From contig CAZALG010000001.1 of the NCBI GenBank assembly GCA_964485935.1, forward strand, positions 1 through 52,428: a DNA stretch of 52,428 nucleotides, written 5' to 3'. This DNA is from an uncultured bacterium. Lineage in GTDB: Bacteria; Hydrothermota; UBA3072. The notes beneath the pieces were generated by a model, which saw nothing but the letters and a program-made list of their open reading frames with translations, did no database searches and was not told where the DNA came from. Of this stretch, positions 1 through 8,062 are shown in pieces. Both the position numbers and the translations under genes were made by a program. The first letter of the stretch is position 1. Every line of letters begins with the position of its first letter.

Positions 1-2
1 TG

Positions 3-42
3 GTTAGTCGGTTGGGCTGTTTTTTACGCCCAACGCACTAAC
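3..42. repeat. Imperfect hairpin GTTAGTcgGTTGGGC / GCCCAACgcACTAAC, same family as 5572..5620
   Basis: Arms 3..17 and 28..42 pair over 6+7 bp around a 2x2 internal mismatch, with a 10-nt loop. The arm sequence is related to the perfect hairpin at 5572..5620. Confidence 0.6.
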
Positions 43-50
43 AAACATTT

Positions 51-85
51 TGACTAGTGACTAATGACTCACGACTCGTGGCTCG
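51..85. repeat. Five tandem degenerate heptamers (TGACTAG TGACTAA TGACTCA CGACTCG TGGCTCG)
   Basis: Read directly from the sequence. The same GACTNNN word family recurs at 4627..4661 and, complemented, at 17294..17321 and about 9460..9490. Confidence 0.8.
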
Positions 86-99
86 GATTAAAATCCGTC

Positions 100-128
100 T
101 TGACAATTTTTTCAAAAATCCATACAAT
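100..128 (+). promoter_or_regulatory. Sigma70-like promoter TTGACA-17-TACAAT, 9 nt upstream of the ATG at 138
   Basis: TTGACA at 100..105, 17-nt spacer, TACAAT at 123..128. There is no Shine-Dalgarno sequence before ATG 138. Confidence 0.5.
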
Positions 129-137
129 TGCCCTGTT

Positions 138-932
138 ATGAAAATATTTAAAAATCTTTTTTTCGTTGCTTTATTTGTTTTTCTTGCGGGCTGCATCATT
201 AATATTCCAGAGACCAAAGAGAACAGTTTGCCACCCGCGCTTCCAGAAGACACTTCATATGGGGAAGATGTAGATAATACTTCAGAAATAGAAGATACTG
301 CAGAGATTGATGCAATTACGGGAGCGACAGGATTAAGTTTTGCGGTTCTAGGTGGTGCAACATACGGCGGGATTGTAGATAATCATGATGCTTCAGAGAT
401 AGAAGGCACTTCGGATGTTGATGCGATTACGGGAGCAACAAAAATAGCCTACAACGCAGGGGTTCATTCTATTTTTAAAGGTCATGGACGTACAATCGAA
501 ATAGGTCTCGATTATATAAGTTTTAATCAGTCTGTGAAATATAATTTGCCTTCGCTTTCTGTTAACGGCACAAGAAGTTTCGAATTTCAGCAGATCCGAC
601 TACCTTTAACATATAATTTTGAATTTTTTAAAAACGATTTAAATCAGCCCAAGCTTGCTCTAAAATTAGGTTTTTCTGCGGGTTATACTTTCAGTAAAAC
701 AATAGAAAATTCCGAAGATTCGGAGAATATGCCTGCTTACGAATTTACTGACTGGGAAATCGGACCGGCTTTTGGTCTTTGTTTTTATCCTTTTGACTTC
801 AGTCAAAGTTACAGGTTAGGTCTCTACATGGATGCGTATCGCGGAAGGAAAATATATGAAGATGTCTACCACGATGAAATATTCCTCGGCGATAATAGTT
901 TTTTGAAATTCGGTGTCATCTTCGAACCGTAA
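138..932 (+). CDS. Lipoprotein with two DAITGAT motifs and a beta-strand-rich C-terminal domain (hypothetical)
   Basis: This is the ORF listed as 57..932. The internal ATG at 138 yields MKIFKNLFFVALFVFLAGC (signal peptide plus lipobox Cys), and the promoter at 100..128 lies inside the longer ORF. An acidic linker carries EIDAITGAT and DVDAITGAT. The C-terminal half has an alternating hydrophobic pattern. Confidence 0.6.
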   Translation: MKIFKNLFFVALFVFLAGCIINIPETKENSLPPALPEDTSYGEDVDNTSEIEDTAEIDAITGATGLSFAVLGGATYGGIVDNHDASEIEGTSDVDAITGATKIAYNAGVHSIFKGHGRTIEIGLDYISFNQSVKYNLPSLSVNGTRSFEFQQIRLPLTYNFEFFKNDLNQPKLALKLGFSAGYTFSKTIENSEDSENMPAYEFTDWEIGPAFGLCFYPFDFSQSYRLGLYMDAYRGRKIYEDVYHDEIFLGDNSFLKFGVIFEP

Positions 933-937
933 AAAAA

Positions 938-974
938 GCAACAACGAATAGCACAAATTACACGAATATTTTTT
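938..974 (+). repeat. Intergenic repeat module M1 (gcAACAACgAATagCACAAATTACACGAATATTTTTT)
   Basis: Near-identical to 5636..5672. Related copies lie at 43672..43708 (+) and 37744..37770 (complement). Confidence 0.8.
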
Positions 975-1093
975 CTGCCGTCAGCTGTCGGCTTCTCAAT
1001 ACTAAATCCTATATCCTAAATATTGCCACTGATTAACACGGATTTTTTTGTCATTTTTAACTCGAAACTCTAAACTCGAAACTCTAAATCACA
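975..1093. repeat. Heptad-phased low-complexity tract, including (AACTCGA AACTCTA)x2 at 1059..1086
   Basis: Reads in a single 7-nt phase: ctgccgt cagctgt cggcttc tcaatac taaatcc tatatcc taaatat ... aactcga aactcta aactcga aactcta. It also contains GCCACTGATTAACACGGAT (1025..1043), which is shared with 5704..5722. Confidence 0.7.
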
Positions 1094-1096
1094 GAT

Positions 1097-1423
1097 TTAC
1101 ACTGATTTTTTGCCTATTTTACTTATTGCAAATCCCAGTAATGCCCCCAAAACTAATGTCATTATTGCAATCGGAATTAAACTCATAGGTTCTTTCCAGG
1201 CGATTAAAATCGCGACGGGAGTTAACAGTAAAAAAGAGATTAGAATTCCTTTCAAAATACTATTAATTCTTAATTCACTTGTTGAAATAAAAAACCCCGC
1301 AATTATCCACATTGCCAGTGCAGACAAATTCGCGTCCCATGTTAATTTCTGTAAAACCATTGGTATTACATCGATAATCCCCGCGATTAAACCCAGAACT
1401 AAACCTGCAACAATCTTATTCAC
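1097..1423 (-). CDS. Small integral membrane protein (3-4 predicted TM helices), hypothetical
   Basis: 108-aa hydrophobic ORF. Its GTG start is preceded by GGAGG, which overlaps the stop codon of the upstream flavoprotein gene, suggesting translational coupling. Confidence 0.55.
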   Translation of the reverse strand: MNKIVAGLVLGLIAGIIDVIPMVLQKLTWDANLSALAMWIIAGFFISTSELRINSILKGILISFLLLTPVAILIAWKEPMSLIPIAIMTLVLGALLGFAISKIGKKSV

Positions 1424-1432
1424 AATTCCTCC

Positions 1433-1996
1433 TTAAACGATAGTTTTTGCTACTTCTTTTCCTAAATCGTATGCTTTATCCATGTATTCTTTTTTCTCTT
1501 TTACCTCTCCCCTTCGTGTAACCCCCGGAGCTATTATTTTCCCGATTAATTTCACTTCTAAGAAATTTAAGCTTTTTTCAAAGAATAATACTACCGGAGC
1601 AACAGTTTCATCATTTTCTTCTTCAAACGGGACTGCTATAACCGCTAATTTATTCTTTATCTTTTTTCTGTTTTTAGGACCATTAAAATAGACAAAGCGG
1701 TCTATAAAACCTTTCATCAAAGCTGTTGGTCCATACCAATATACAGGCGTCCCAAAGACAATAACATCACTTTCTATAATCTTATCATAAAGATTGCTCA
1801 TATCATCCTTTTTTACACATTTTTCTTTCTCCCAGCAAACATGGCAGCCATCGCATTCCATTATACTTAAATCGTTAAGAAAGATGGTGTCTGTAGAAAT
1901 ACCTTCACTTTGTACTCCTTCCAGTATCCTTGAAACTAATACGTGTGTATTTCCGTTCTTTCGCGGGCTTCCAATAACTCCAAGCACTTTTTTCAT
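1433..1996 (-). CDS. Flavodoxin-fold NAD(P)H-dependent FMN reductase / iron-sulfur flavoprotein family protein
   Basis: N-terminal VIGSPRKNGNT phosphate-binding loop, a CDGCHVCW cysteine cluster, and a length of 187 aa typical for the family. Confidence 0.7.
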   Translation of the reverse strand: MKKVLGVIGSPRKNGNTHVLVSRILEGVQSEGISTDTIFLNDLSIMECDGCHVCWEKEKCVKKDDMSNLYDKIIESDVIVFGTPVYWYGPTALMKGFIDRFVYFNGPKNRKKIKNKLAVIAVPFEEENDETVAPVVLFFEKSLNFLEVKLIGKIIAPGVTRRGEVKEKKEYMDKAYDLGKEVAKTIV

Positions 1997-2058
1997 AATT
2001 TCACCTTAAATTAATTTACCATTCAAGAGTTGAACCCATTAATATTGACGCAATAATA

Positions 2059-2718
2059 TCACGGGACATATGATGCTGCTTTTATAAGTCTTTTTATATC
2101 TCTAAGCCCAATCTTTCCTTTGAAATACTTATTTTCTTTGTTCACTTCCTCAAGTTGACTGCATAATTCTTCTGCATTTGCTTTGGAGACCATTTTTGCA
2201 TTAGTATATCCCGCGAAAGTGAGCATCCTTGCAGTTAAAGGGCTTACCCATTGAATTCTTGTGAGGTTGACTAAAGAATAAATAGAATCAATAAACTTAG
2301 CATCGATTCCCAAAGTATTTATTATTTCTTCTCTTTTTTTAGATGAGTTTAATGCCTCAAATAGTAAAGCAGCATTCTTATAACCTTTGCTTTCTAATTT
2401 TGAGAGCTCCTTTTCCGGAAGCCAATCAAAGGATTTCAAAGGAAATACTTTGGGAAAATAACTTTCGATTTCTCTTCTTAACAATATTAAATATTGTGAC
2501 TCGATTCCGGTTTTTTTTGAAAATGATGGAATCTTCTTAGAATTTTTCAATACTTTTCGCAAATCCGCGAGTGTTGAAATACCATGTGATTTCAATGTCT
2601 TAAATTTATCTTTGATACTTGCCAGTAATGAACTTCGGCTTGGGACCAGGTCTGTTTCCTCGATACGTATTCGCAAATCATCAAGACTTACTTTTTCTGC
2701 CTGTAGATAATAAGTCAT
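2059..2718 (-). CDS. Hypothetical protein with repeated helix-hairpin-helix-like modules (DUF4332-like)
   Basis: 219-aa ORF with repeated segments (ISTLADLRKVL..., YKNAALLFEAL..., YTNAKMVSKANAEEL...). The family assignment is from memory only. Confidence 0.4.
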   Translation of the reverse strand: MTYYLQAEKVSLDDLRIRIEETDLVPSRSSLLASIKDKFKTLKSHGISTLADLRKVLKNSKKIPSFSKKTGIESQYLILLRREIESYFPKVFPLKSFDWLPEKELSKLESKGYKNAALLFEALNSSKKREEIINTLGIDAKFIDSIYSLVNLTRIQWVSPLTARMLTFAGYTNAKMVSKANAEELCSQLEEVNKENKYFKGKIGLRDIKRLIKAASYVP

Positions 2719-2764
2719 AATTTACCTACCATATTTATAATTTCTCCTTTTTGAAATATGAATT

Positions 2765-3193
2765 CTAAGGTTTTGGCAAAATTATATTATAATCCCCAAA
2801 TTTTATTATTTCTTTTTCGTTATTATCAAATAATATAATAATTTCCTGCTTTTGAAAATTTACATCCGCATCAACCGGATTACGAGTAGGATTGTCTTTA
2901 TCATCCCATTTTCGATCTATAGCAATTGAAAACAATGGGTTAATATAAATCTCATTCGTATTTATTTTTCCTTCAATATTTACTGGGTATAATTCTAAAA
3001 AAACAACCTTATCATGAAAACCTGAAATTTGAAAAGCTAATGAATATATATTATTTTCATATTTTAAGTTTTTTAAAAATTTAATCTGATAATCATCAAA
3101 ATAAGAAATTTTATTCTTTTCATTATCATTTCTACAATTTAATAAAATTATAAAAATTAAAATAAATATTGATAAATTCTTTCTAATCAACAT
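2765..3193 (-). CDS. Hypothetical secreted/lipoprotein-like protein
   Basis: 142-aa ORF with an N-terminal hydrophobic signal (LSIFILIFIILLNC). No recognisable domain. Confidence 0.4.
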   Translation of the reverse strand: MLIRKNLSIFILIFIILLNCRNDNEKNKISYFDDYQIKFLKNLKYENNIYSLAFQISGFHDKVVFLELYPVNIEGKINTNEIYINPLFSIAIDRKWDDKDNPTRNPVDADVNFQKQEIIILFDNNEKEIIKFGDYNIILPKP

Positions 3194-3214
3194 TAGACCT
3201 AAGCCCTTATGCTC

Positions 3215-4411
3215 TTACTTCTTACCTTGTAACAGATAACTAATTGCTTCTTTAGTATCCTCGTCAAGCCAGTCCATAAATGTATCACCGTACGGATTTT
3301 TCAGGTTTGGATCGGCACCGTGTGTCAAGAATGATTTTATCATTGCAATATCACCTTTCTGCGCTGCCCTGAGTAAAAAAGGATAACCCGAATCATCCCG
3401 ACTGTTTGGTGAAACGCCGATTGAAAAAAGGCGCTCACATTTTTGCACGTTTTCCTCATTAATTGCCCTGGCGAGCTGTACCCGTTTTTCGTGCATCAGA
3501 ATGTTAGAATTTATTTGCCTTAAAACTTTTTCATCCAGAAAGACCGAATCCAGTAAAGCAGACTGATCTACTTGCCTTTCAACAAAACGGTTCCATACAA
3601 TATACGACGACTCTCCCCCCATTGTATTTTTCATGTCTAATATCAGATATATATGTTCCGCGACCTTTGGTTGATTCGCGGGTAAAAGCACCAATGAAGT
3701 AAAGGATAGCGCATGTGGACTATTCTTTTCGAGCCTATACGTTAATACACTGTACAGGGTTTCCGAAAAAGCATCGTGTTCGTCAAAATATACTGCTCCT
3801 TCAGAAAACGTATACGGAATTTTTTCAGACACCGGTGCAACTAGGTGTCTTAATTCAATAGTGCTGTCATACGGCGATTTTAAAACAGATGGGATCATAG
3901 CTCTTATTTTTTCTACAAATCCATCAGATACATAAAGTTTATAACTGTTTTGTTCCAGGTAATAATCCTTCCTGCTTAGATCGCCTAAAGTATCTATCTC
4001 CCGTGAAGTACTGCCCAGAAAATCATATTGTCCGTTTTTTTTCAATGTTTCGGGATCTTTTATGGTAAGCTCGATATCTCCCCTCAACCTGGCTTGATGG
4101 ATTGTGTAAAGTTTTCTCGGTTTTAAATGAAAGTCACCGTTCTCCAATATAGGGGCTGTAAAGGTTTTATCATTATATGTTTTATACCCTCCCTCTAAAA
4201 ATCTATCCCGATATTCAAAGCGATATCGCGAGAGATAAAACTCACCCCTGATAATGAGTTCCGAATTATCTATTTCTGTGAGGTTAATAATACGTCCTCT
4301 TAAATCGGGTGTGCTATGAGTTTTAATAATACCATCACAAGAAGGTCCATCCTGGCATAAGTAAAAGAAAAAGAGTATAAAATATTTAATGAACTTCTTT
4401 ATGAATAACAT
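3215..4411 (-). CDS. Secreted protein with C-terminal ankyrin repeats
   Basis: The C-terminus reads GYPFLLRAAQKGDIAMIKSFLTHGADPNLKNPYGDT, matching the ankyrin consensus. The ORF extends to 4510, but the ATG at 4411 gives a signal-like MLFIKKFIKYFILFFFYLC and is preceded by TATATT 10 nt upstream. Confidence 0.55.
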   Translation of the reverse strand: MLFIKKFIKYFILFFFYLCQDGPSCDGIIKTHSTPDLRGRIINLTEIDNSELIIRGEFYLSRYRFEYRDRFLEGGYKTYNDKTFTAPILENGDFHLKPRKLYTIHQARLRGDIELTIKDPETLKKNGQYDFLGSTSREIDTLGDLSRKDYYLEQNSYKLYVSDGFVEKIRAMIPSVLKSPYDSTIELRHLVAPVSEKIPYTFSEGAVYFDEHDAFSETLYSVLTYRLEKNSPHALSFTSLVLLPANQPKVAEHIYLILDMKNTMGGESSYIVWNRFVERQVDQSALLDSVFLDEKVLRQINSNILMHEKRVQLARAINEENVQKCERLFSIGVSPNSRDDSGYPFLLRAAQKGDIAMIKSFLTHGADPNLKNPYGDTFMDWLDEDTKEAISYLLQGKK

Positions 4412-4626
4412 ATATTCAAAGAATATAGTACATCTGTACTTTTTTGACTTTTTATGCCCGCAAGGGTTCTTATAGATAACCACATGTGTAAAATCAATTC
4501 CTCCATACAAGGAAATATAATATTATAATGCAAGAGAACAAGTCCTACGGAGAACACAAAGCAAGTAAGAATCCAAGAGCCGGAAGCTGAGAATTCCATC
4601 GCCACCTCAATCCAAAATCCATTTTT

Positions 4627-4661
4627 CGACTGAAGACTGGTGACTCGAGACTGATGACTCG
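4627..4661. repeat. Five tandem degenerate heptamers (CGACTGA AGACTGG TGACTCG AGACTGA TGACTCG)
   Basis: Read directly from the sequence. Same GACT word family as 51..85. Confidence 0.8.
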
Positions 4662-4780
4662 TGAAGATGGAACTCCCGAGCTTTTTGTTAGGTCGTATTA
4701 ATAAAGAAGAAAAAAGAGAATTTAATAATTGTAGAGAAAAAATTGTAAAAAAATTTTAGTTTAAAAAAAAGGAGGTCAAA

Positions 4781-5557
4781 ATGAAAAAGGTAAAATGGTT
4801 AGTATTAAGCTCTTTAGTGCTTTTTTTGGCCCTGCCCGGGATGTTGGGTGCCGAAGAAATTGGCATACTTCCTTTTAGAACAACCGGCGTTGAAAGTTAT
4901 ATAACGGAAGACCTCTATGATCTTCTGGAAACCGAACTCGATTATTTTGACCACAAAGTTGTATCGCCGTATGAAATAGAGCATTATCTTGGGCACCGTG
5001 TAGTATGTTATAACAAAGATTACGCTGCCGATTATGGAAGTTCGTTGGGTCTTGAGAAAGTGATATTTGGTTCTATAACCAGAATAGGCGAAAAATATGT
5101 TATTTCAGTCGAAGTCGTCAAATCCAGAACGGGAGAAGTACTTCTTTACGATAAAACAACTTTAGATTCTGAGGACTACTTAGATGAATACGTGTATAGT
5201 CTGGCAGAAGATATTGAAGAAGAGGTATATGAGAATGTGGTTTATTATAGTCCCAGCTGTAGCAGAACTGTCACCCGCGTCTATGTCGGGAATTGCTGGC
5301 GACCACGTATTATATGGAGGAGACCACGCCGCAGAAGTTTAATTACCGTACGGGTACCTTTAATTAATATAAATCTCGGAAAGTCTCATCATGTCGTTCA
5401 TAGAACTCCTTCAAAGAGGAAACCTGTTTATGTGAAACATAGTCCCAGGAAACAACACGACCAAGGTAAATCGAAGAAAGGGAATGACAGACGCGAGAAA
5501 CAAAAGAACGAAAAGCACCATCGTGATAATGACGGCCACAAGAAGGGAAGAAGATAA
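4781..5557 (+). CDS. Secreted protein: LpoB/CsgG/TolB-N-like N-terminal domain, acidic linker, then a ~100-aa Arg/Lys/His-rich tail
   Basis: Strong SD (AAGGAGG) and a signal peptide MKKVKWLVLSSLVLFLALPGMLGA. IGILPFRTTG...GLEKVIFGSITRIGEKYVISVEVVKSRTGEVL fits the LpoB/CsgG-like fold pattern. The C-terminus runs RPRIIWRRPRRRS...KHHRDNDGHKKGRR. Confidence 0.65.
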   Translation: MKKVKWLVLSSLVLFLALPGMLGAEEIGILPFRTTGVESYITEDLYDLLETELDYFDHKVVSPYEIEHYLGHRVVCYNKDYAADYGSSLGLEKVIFGSITRIGEKYVISVEVVKSRTGEVLLYDKTTLDSEDYLDEYVYSLAEDIEEEVYENVVYYSPSCSRTVTRVYVGNCWRPRIIWRRPRRRSLITVRVPLININLGKSHHVVHRTPSKRKPVYVKHSPRKQHDQGKSKKGNDRREKQKNEKHHRDNDGHKKGRR

Positions 5558-5571
5558 TAAACTGTTGGTCA

Positions 5572-5620
5572 GTTAGTGGGTTGGTCTGTTAGTCTGTAAA
5601 AAACACACCAACCCACTAAC
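5572..5620. repeat. Perfect 14-bp stem hairpin GTTAGTGGGTTGGT / ACCAACCCACTAAC with a 21-nt loop
   Basis: Arms at 5572..5585 and 5607..5620. It lies in a convergent intergenic region and has no adjacent U-tract. Related to 3..42. Confidence 0.75.
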
Positions 5621-5635
5621 ACACTAACTAAATTA

Positions 5636-5672
5636 GTAACAACAAATCACACAAATTACACGAATATTTTTT
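5636..5672 (+). repeat. Intergenic repeat module M1 (gtAACAACAAATCACACAAATTACACGAATATTTTTT)
   Basis: Near-identical to 938..974. It is followed at 5704..5722 by GCCACGGATTAACAGGATC, as in the first copy. Confidence 0.8.
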
Positions 5673-5750
5673 GTTTTTTTACTATACCCTACCCTGAATA
5701 ATAGCCACGGATTAACAGGATCTTTATTTGTTGTTAATTAAAAACTCGAT

Positions 5751-7937
5751 CTACCTGAAGAGCAGTAATTTCTTGGTTTGCGGGACCTCATCACTCACTT
5801 TTAACTTTACGAAATATATTCCAGATGTCATAAGGTTGCCATCATTGTCCTTTTTATCCCAATTGATTGTATAATTCCCTTCTGCATGCTCGGCGTTAAC
5901 AAGAGTCCTCACTAATTGTCCCATAAGATTGTAAAGTTTTAGTTCAACCCGGCCTGGGTTCGGAATTGAATACCTGATAGTTGATGAGTGAACAAATGGA
6001 TTTGGATAGATTTCCAGTCTTGCGTTTTCTGTTTTAGTCCTTGTATCTTCATTGATTCCTGCGCTCCAATTGAGCGCAACACAGTAAGGAAAATCCGCAA
6101 CCGGCAGACCATCAAATGTGGTTGAAGAATCGTCGACAGAATAGCTTGCTATATCATTAACTGACCCGCTCATAAAATCTATGAGAACTGCGGATGATAT
6201 GTTTGTATCTTTGACTGTAAGGTTTAGAAATCTATCTGTATAGCTATCCTCTGCCACTATTCCAAACCAGTATGGAATAAACCGTGTACCCGTTACAGTA
6301 TCTTCAAAATTAGCAGAAGTAAGCCTGTTAAAAGAAAAAGTATCTGCGTTTATATTCTCAAAATCGCATAAGGAATCCGTTGTTCTCTGTATTGCCCCAT
6401 CAAAAACGCTGCAGATATTCTGAAGAGTATAATATGATTCTTTTCGGATACAATTAGTATCAACCTTCACAAGTTTCCATATATCAAATCTTGAGCCATC
6501 CCAGTAGGTATTCACATAAAATCTATGGCTATCTGATTCAAGGTTGAAAAATGTTAAGAACCTACCTGAGGCTGGTGTCCACCTGTATTCACTCGGTGAA
6601 TACCAGTTGCCAATACTAAACCACATACCATCTAGTGATACAAGGAATATACTGATATTATCACCATTACCTACGCTTCTCGACCATAGGGTATACCATC
6701 CACCCTCCGTTAAATCAAAATCGTAATAAACATAACCTGAATCTCCCATACCGTTTGGTGTCCAGATGCAGGAATCACCCGAAGCTAAACCATCGTAAAT
6801 CTTCTCCATTGGAGGGAATATTGCAGTGTAATCTTCACCTTCCGAAGTATAAGTGTACGCATTCTGTGGAGTGTAAATTATACCAAAAAATGGCGCCTCA
6901 CCAAAACCAATATCGAATAGTTCAGAATAATCATTAACCCAATCCGACCTTCCCATATTATGTGATAGACTACGCATATCCCAATCAACTGTCCATGTGG
7001 TTATTTCTATATCCTGTTTGAGATTGAGAATGTATCTTCTTGCAAGATATTTTGCCTGTGTTATCCTTGATGAATGCTGTGGACTGTTCGGGTCTGGGCT
7101 CAAAGGGTCAGGATAAATTGAATCCGAAAGAAAACCACCTTCAGTATCCCATATCTTGAGACTATCGTCGAATATCGCGATCGTATCTTTTAAGGCGCTG
7201 ATTTCCTCTTCATAAGAATCATAAGGACTTTCAAATTGACTGTTTGGTATCCATGTCAATAGGTTTTGAGGTGCTTCGGGTAGTGTTCGGTAAGGATGTA
7301 TACCTATTTTATCAACATATTGATCAACCCCGCTTTCGAGACAGGTCTTTATATATTTAATGTCTACAAGCGCCATTCCACCTAAACAGATAACAGCATC
7401 AGCATCGATTGTTCTAATATTTTTCGCTGTTGAACATGCAAGAGCGGAATACTGTACAGGGTTTGCCGAGGGAAGCCATGATTCATCAAGATTGGGTTCG
7501 TTCCAGATTTCCCAGTGATTCACTCTGTCTTGATATCTTTTTACCACCGTATCTACATAAGCAAGCCAGGCATTGAAGTAAACGGTACTATCCCCTATGG
7601 GGGGATATCCATTCGGGTTATATAGAACGTTCGGGTCGGATAGTATTAGATAAGGTGTAATGCTGTGATCGACAAGTTGATTTATTATTGTATCGATAGA
7701 GGTAAAATCATAGTATCCAATGGATTCGTTTTCAACATATCCCCATGGCACTCCAAGCCTGCACCACTTGACACCAGCTTCAAACATCTTTTCTGTGATA
7801 TCGCTGCGAATAGGCCCTAAGTCAAGCCAGATAGTATGTATTCCTATACCGGAACCGTCAATCTCCGCAGAATTCTTACTATCTAATTGTTGTGCGAAAA
7901 TAGAAATATATAAAAGAAAACAAATACTTAAATACAC
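5751..7937 (-). CDS. Clan GH-A (beta/alpha)8 glycoside hydrolase (GH5/GH39-like) with a T9SS C-terminal sorting domain
   Basis: HWEIWNEPN (acid/base Glu) and WDTEGGF (nucleophile Glu) motifs. The C-terminus LEIYPNPFVHSSTIRYSIP...LKLYNLMGQLV...SGIYFVKL matches the T9SS CTD pattern. GTG start. Confidence 0.7.
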   Translation of the reverse strand: MYLSICFLLYISIFAQQLDSKNSAEIDGSGIGIHTIWLDLGPIRSDITEKMFEAGVKWCRLGVPWGYVENESIGYYDFTSIDTIINQLVDHSITPYLILSDPNVLYNPNGYPPIGDSTVYFNAWLAYVDTVVKRYQDRVNHWEIWNEPNLDESWLPSANPVQYSALACSTAKNIRTIDADAVICLGGMALVDIKYIKTCLESGVDQYVDKIGIHPYRTLPEAPQNLLTWIPNSQFESPYDSYEEEISALKDTIAIFDDSLKIWDTEGGFLSDSIYPDPLSPDPNSPQHSSRITQAKYLARRYILNLKQDIEITTWTVDWDMRSLSHNMGRSDWVNDYSELFDIGFGEAPFFGIIYTPQNAYTYTSEGEDYTAIFPPMEKIYDGLASGDSCIWTPNGMGDSGYVYYDFDLTEGGWYTLWSRSVGNGDNISIFLVSLDGMWFSIGNWYSPSEYRWTPASGRFLTFFNLESDSHRFYVNTYWDGSRFDIWKLVKVDTNCIRKESYYTLQNICSVFDGAIQRTTDSLCDFENINADTFSFNRLTSANFEDTVTGTRFIPYWFGIVAEDSYTDRFLNLTVKDTNISSAVLIDFMSGSVNDIASYSVDDSSTTFDGLPVADFPYCVALNWSAGINEDTRTKTENARLEIYPNPFVHSSTIRYSIPNPGRVELKLYNLMGQLVRTLVNAEHAEGNYTINWDKKDNDGNLMTSGIYFVKLKVSDEVPQTKKLLLFR

Positions 7938-8062
7938 AACTTTTCTATTCTAGACAGTGTTAAGGTTCAGAATTATCTTTTTCATGAAAAGAAGTTAATT
8001 TGAAAGGGAGTATTGTCAAGAACGCCCCCACTCCCCTTTTTTGACTGGTGACTTAATTATAT

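Noticed and set aside
57-137. N-terminal 27-codon extension of the first ORF (MTNDSRLVARIKIRLDNFFKNPYNCPV)
   Set aside because: It overlaps the heptamer tract and the TTGACA-17-TACAAT promoter. The ATG at 138 gives a canonical lipoprotein signal peptide, so the extension is most likely non-coding.
1110-1436. Numerous 60-150-aa antisense ORFs inside long genes (e.g. 1110..1436, 8434..8880, 12987..13325, 22277..22591, 25748..26128, 38778..39140, 41797..42132, 44864..45292, 47948..48361, 48802..48993, 50097..50348, 51089..51415)
   Set aside because: Each overlaps a longer ORF with clear family motifs on the opposite strand or in another frame. Their products are low-complexity and lack start signals, which is typical of shadow ORFs in AT-rich DNA.
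4399-4605. 68-aa minus-strand ORF upstream of the ankyrin gene
   Set aside because: It overlaps the probable promoter and 5' region of 3215..4411 in another frame. It has no SD and an implausible composition.
4669-4696. GGAACTC-N16-GTCGT upstream of gene 4781 as another ECF-type promoter
   Set aside because: It is only a partial match to the three-copy motif, with a different -10 box. It lies at the edge of a GACT heptamer tract, 85 nt from the ATG. The resemblance to generic ECF consensus (GGAAC...CGT) could be chance.
5572-5620. The 14-bp hairpin as a canonical rho-independent terminator for 4781..5557 or 5751..7937
   Set aside because: No U-tract follows the stem on either strand and the loop is long (21 nt). 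It is recorded as a repeat or hairpin element only.
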